A DNA stretch of 63,870 nt, counting the filler, from Choristocarpus tenellus KU-1152 (taxonomy: Eukaryota; Protista; Phaeophyceae): assembly GCA_964200185.2 (NCBI GenBank). It is 11 parts of 11 records of this genome, joined end to end, with 100 filler letters (N's around TTAATTAATTAA, not from the genome) between each part and the next. Parts side by side here need not be neighbours in the genome. Positions count along the whole stretch, not along the records: positions 59,268 to 63,870 come from CAXNAD020013833.1; 10 more parts are not named here. The stretch is one strand, 5' to 3'. The notes below the pieces were generated by a model. The model was not told where the DNA came from, made no database searches, and was given only the letters and a program-made list of their open reading frames with translations. A program made the position numbers and the translations under genes. Shown piece by piece: positions 63,849 to 63,870 of the stretch. Numbering within the stretch: the stretch's first letter is position 1; every line of letters begins with the position of its first letter.

Positions 63849-63870
63849 GGCTCAAAGTATCTGGGGGGGG
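63849..63870 (+). mobile_element. TIR of G-tract MITE at window end (others at 16546-16566 and 16667-16714)
   Basis: GGCTCAAAGTATCTGGGGGGGG is identical to the TIR at 20215. Confidence 0.8.

Overview
This is eukaryotic nuclear DNA, not a prokaryotic locus. It consists of 11 unrelated short contigs joined by an artificial 100-bp linker (44 N + TTAATTAATTAA + 44 N), so adjacency across linkers has no biological meaning. Spliceosomal introns, an axonemal dynein, TTAGGG runs and Copia/Gypsy elements suggest a flagellated eukaryote, probably a brown alga or related stramenopile (inference). Contigs: (1) 1-7974, a nested transposon stack (Gypsy with chromodomain, Copia, pogo/CENP-B-like remnant, MITE, solo LTR); (2) 8075-16566, six exons of a PPR protein; (3) 16667-21092, an orphan multi-exon gene plus MITEs; (4) 21193-26802, two-pore channel; (5) 26903-30658, large USP deubiquitinase; (6) 30759-35387, axonemal dynein heavy chain AAA1 region; (7) 35488-40154, SPCA/PMR1-like Ca/Mn P-type ATPase; (8) 40255-45438, two orphan exons and a diverged 43-44-bp palindrome-bearing array; (9) 45539-53318, EF-hand last exon and the 3' end of CTP synthase; (10) 53419-59167, MULE fossil and the 5' half of a Copia; (11) 59268-63870, PX-domain exon. 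The most notable unexplained signals are a Harbinger-like MITE family with G-tract TIRs at many contig breaks, an apparent excess of GC-AG introns, the 43-44-bp palindromic array and an atypical TPC filter. I found no convincing new multi-gene system.
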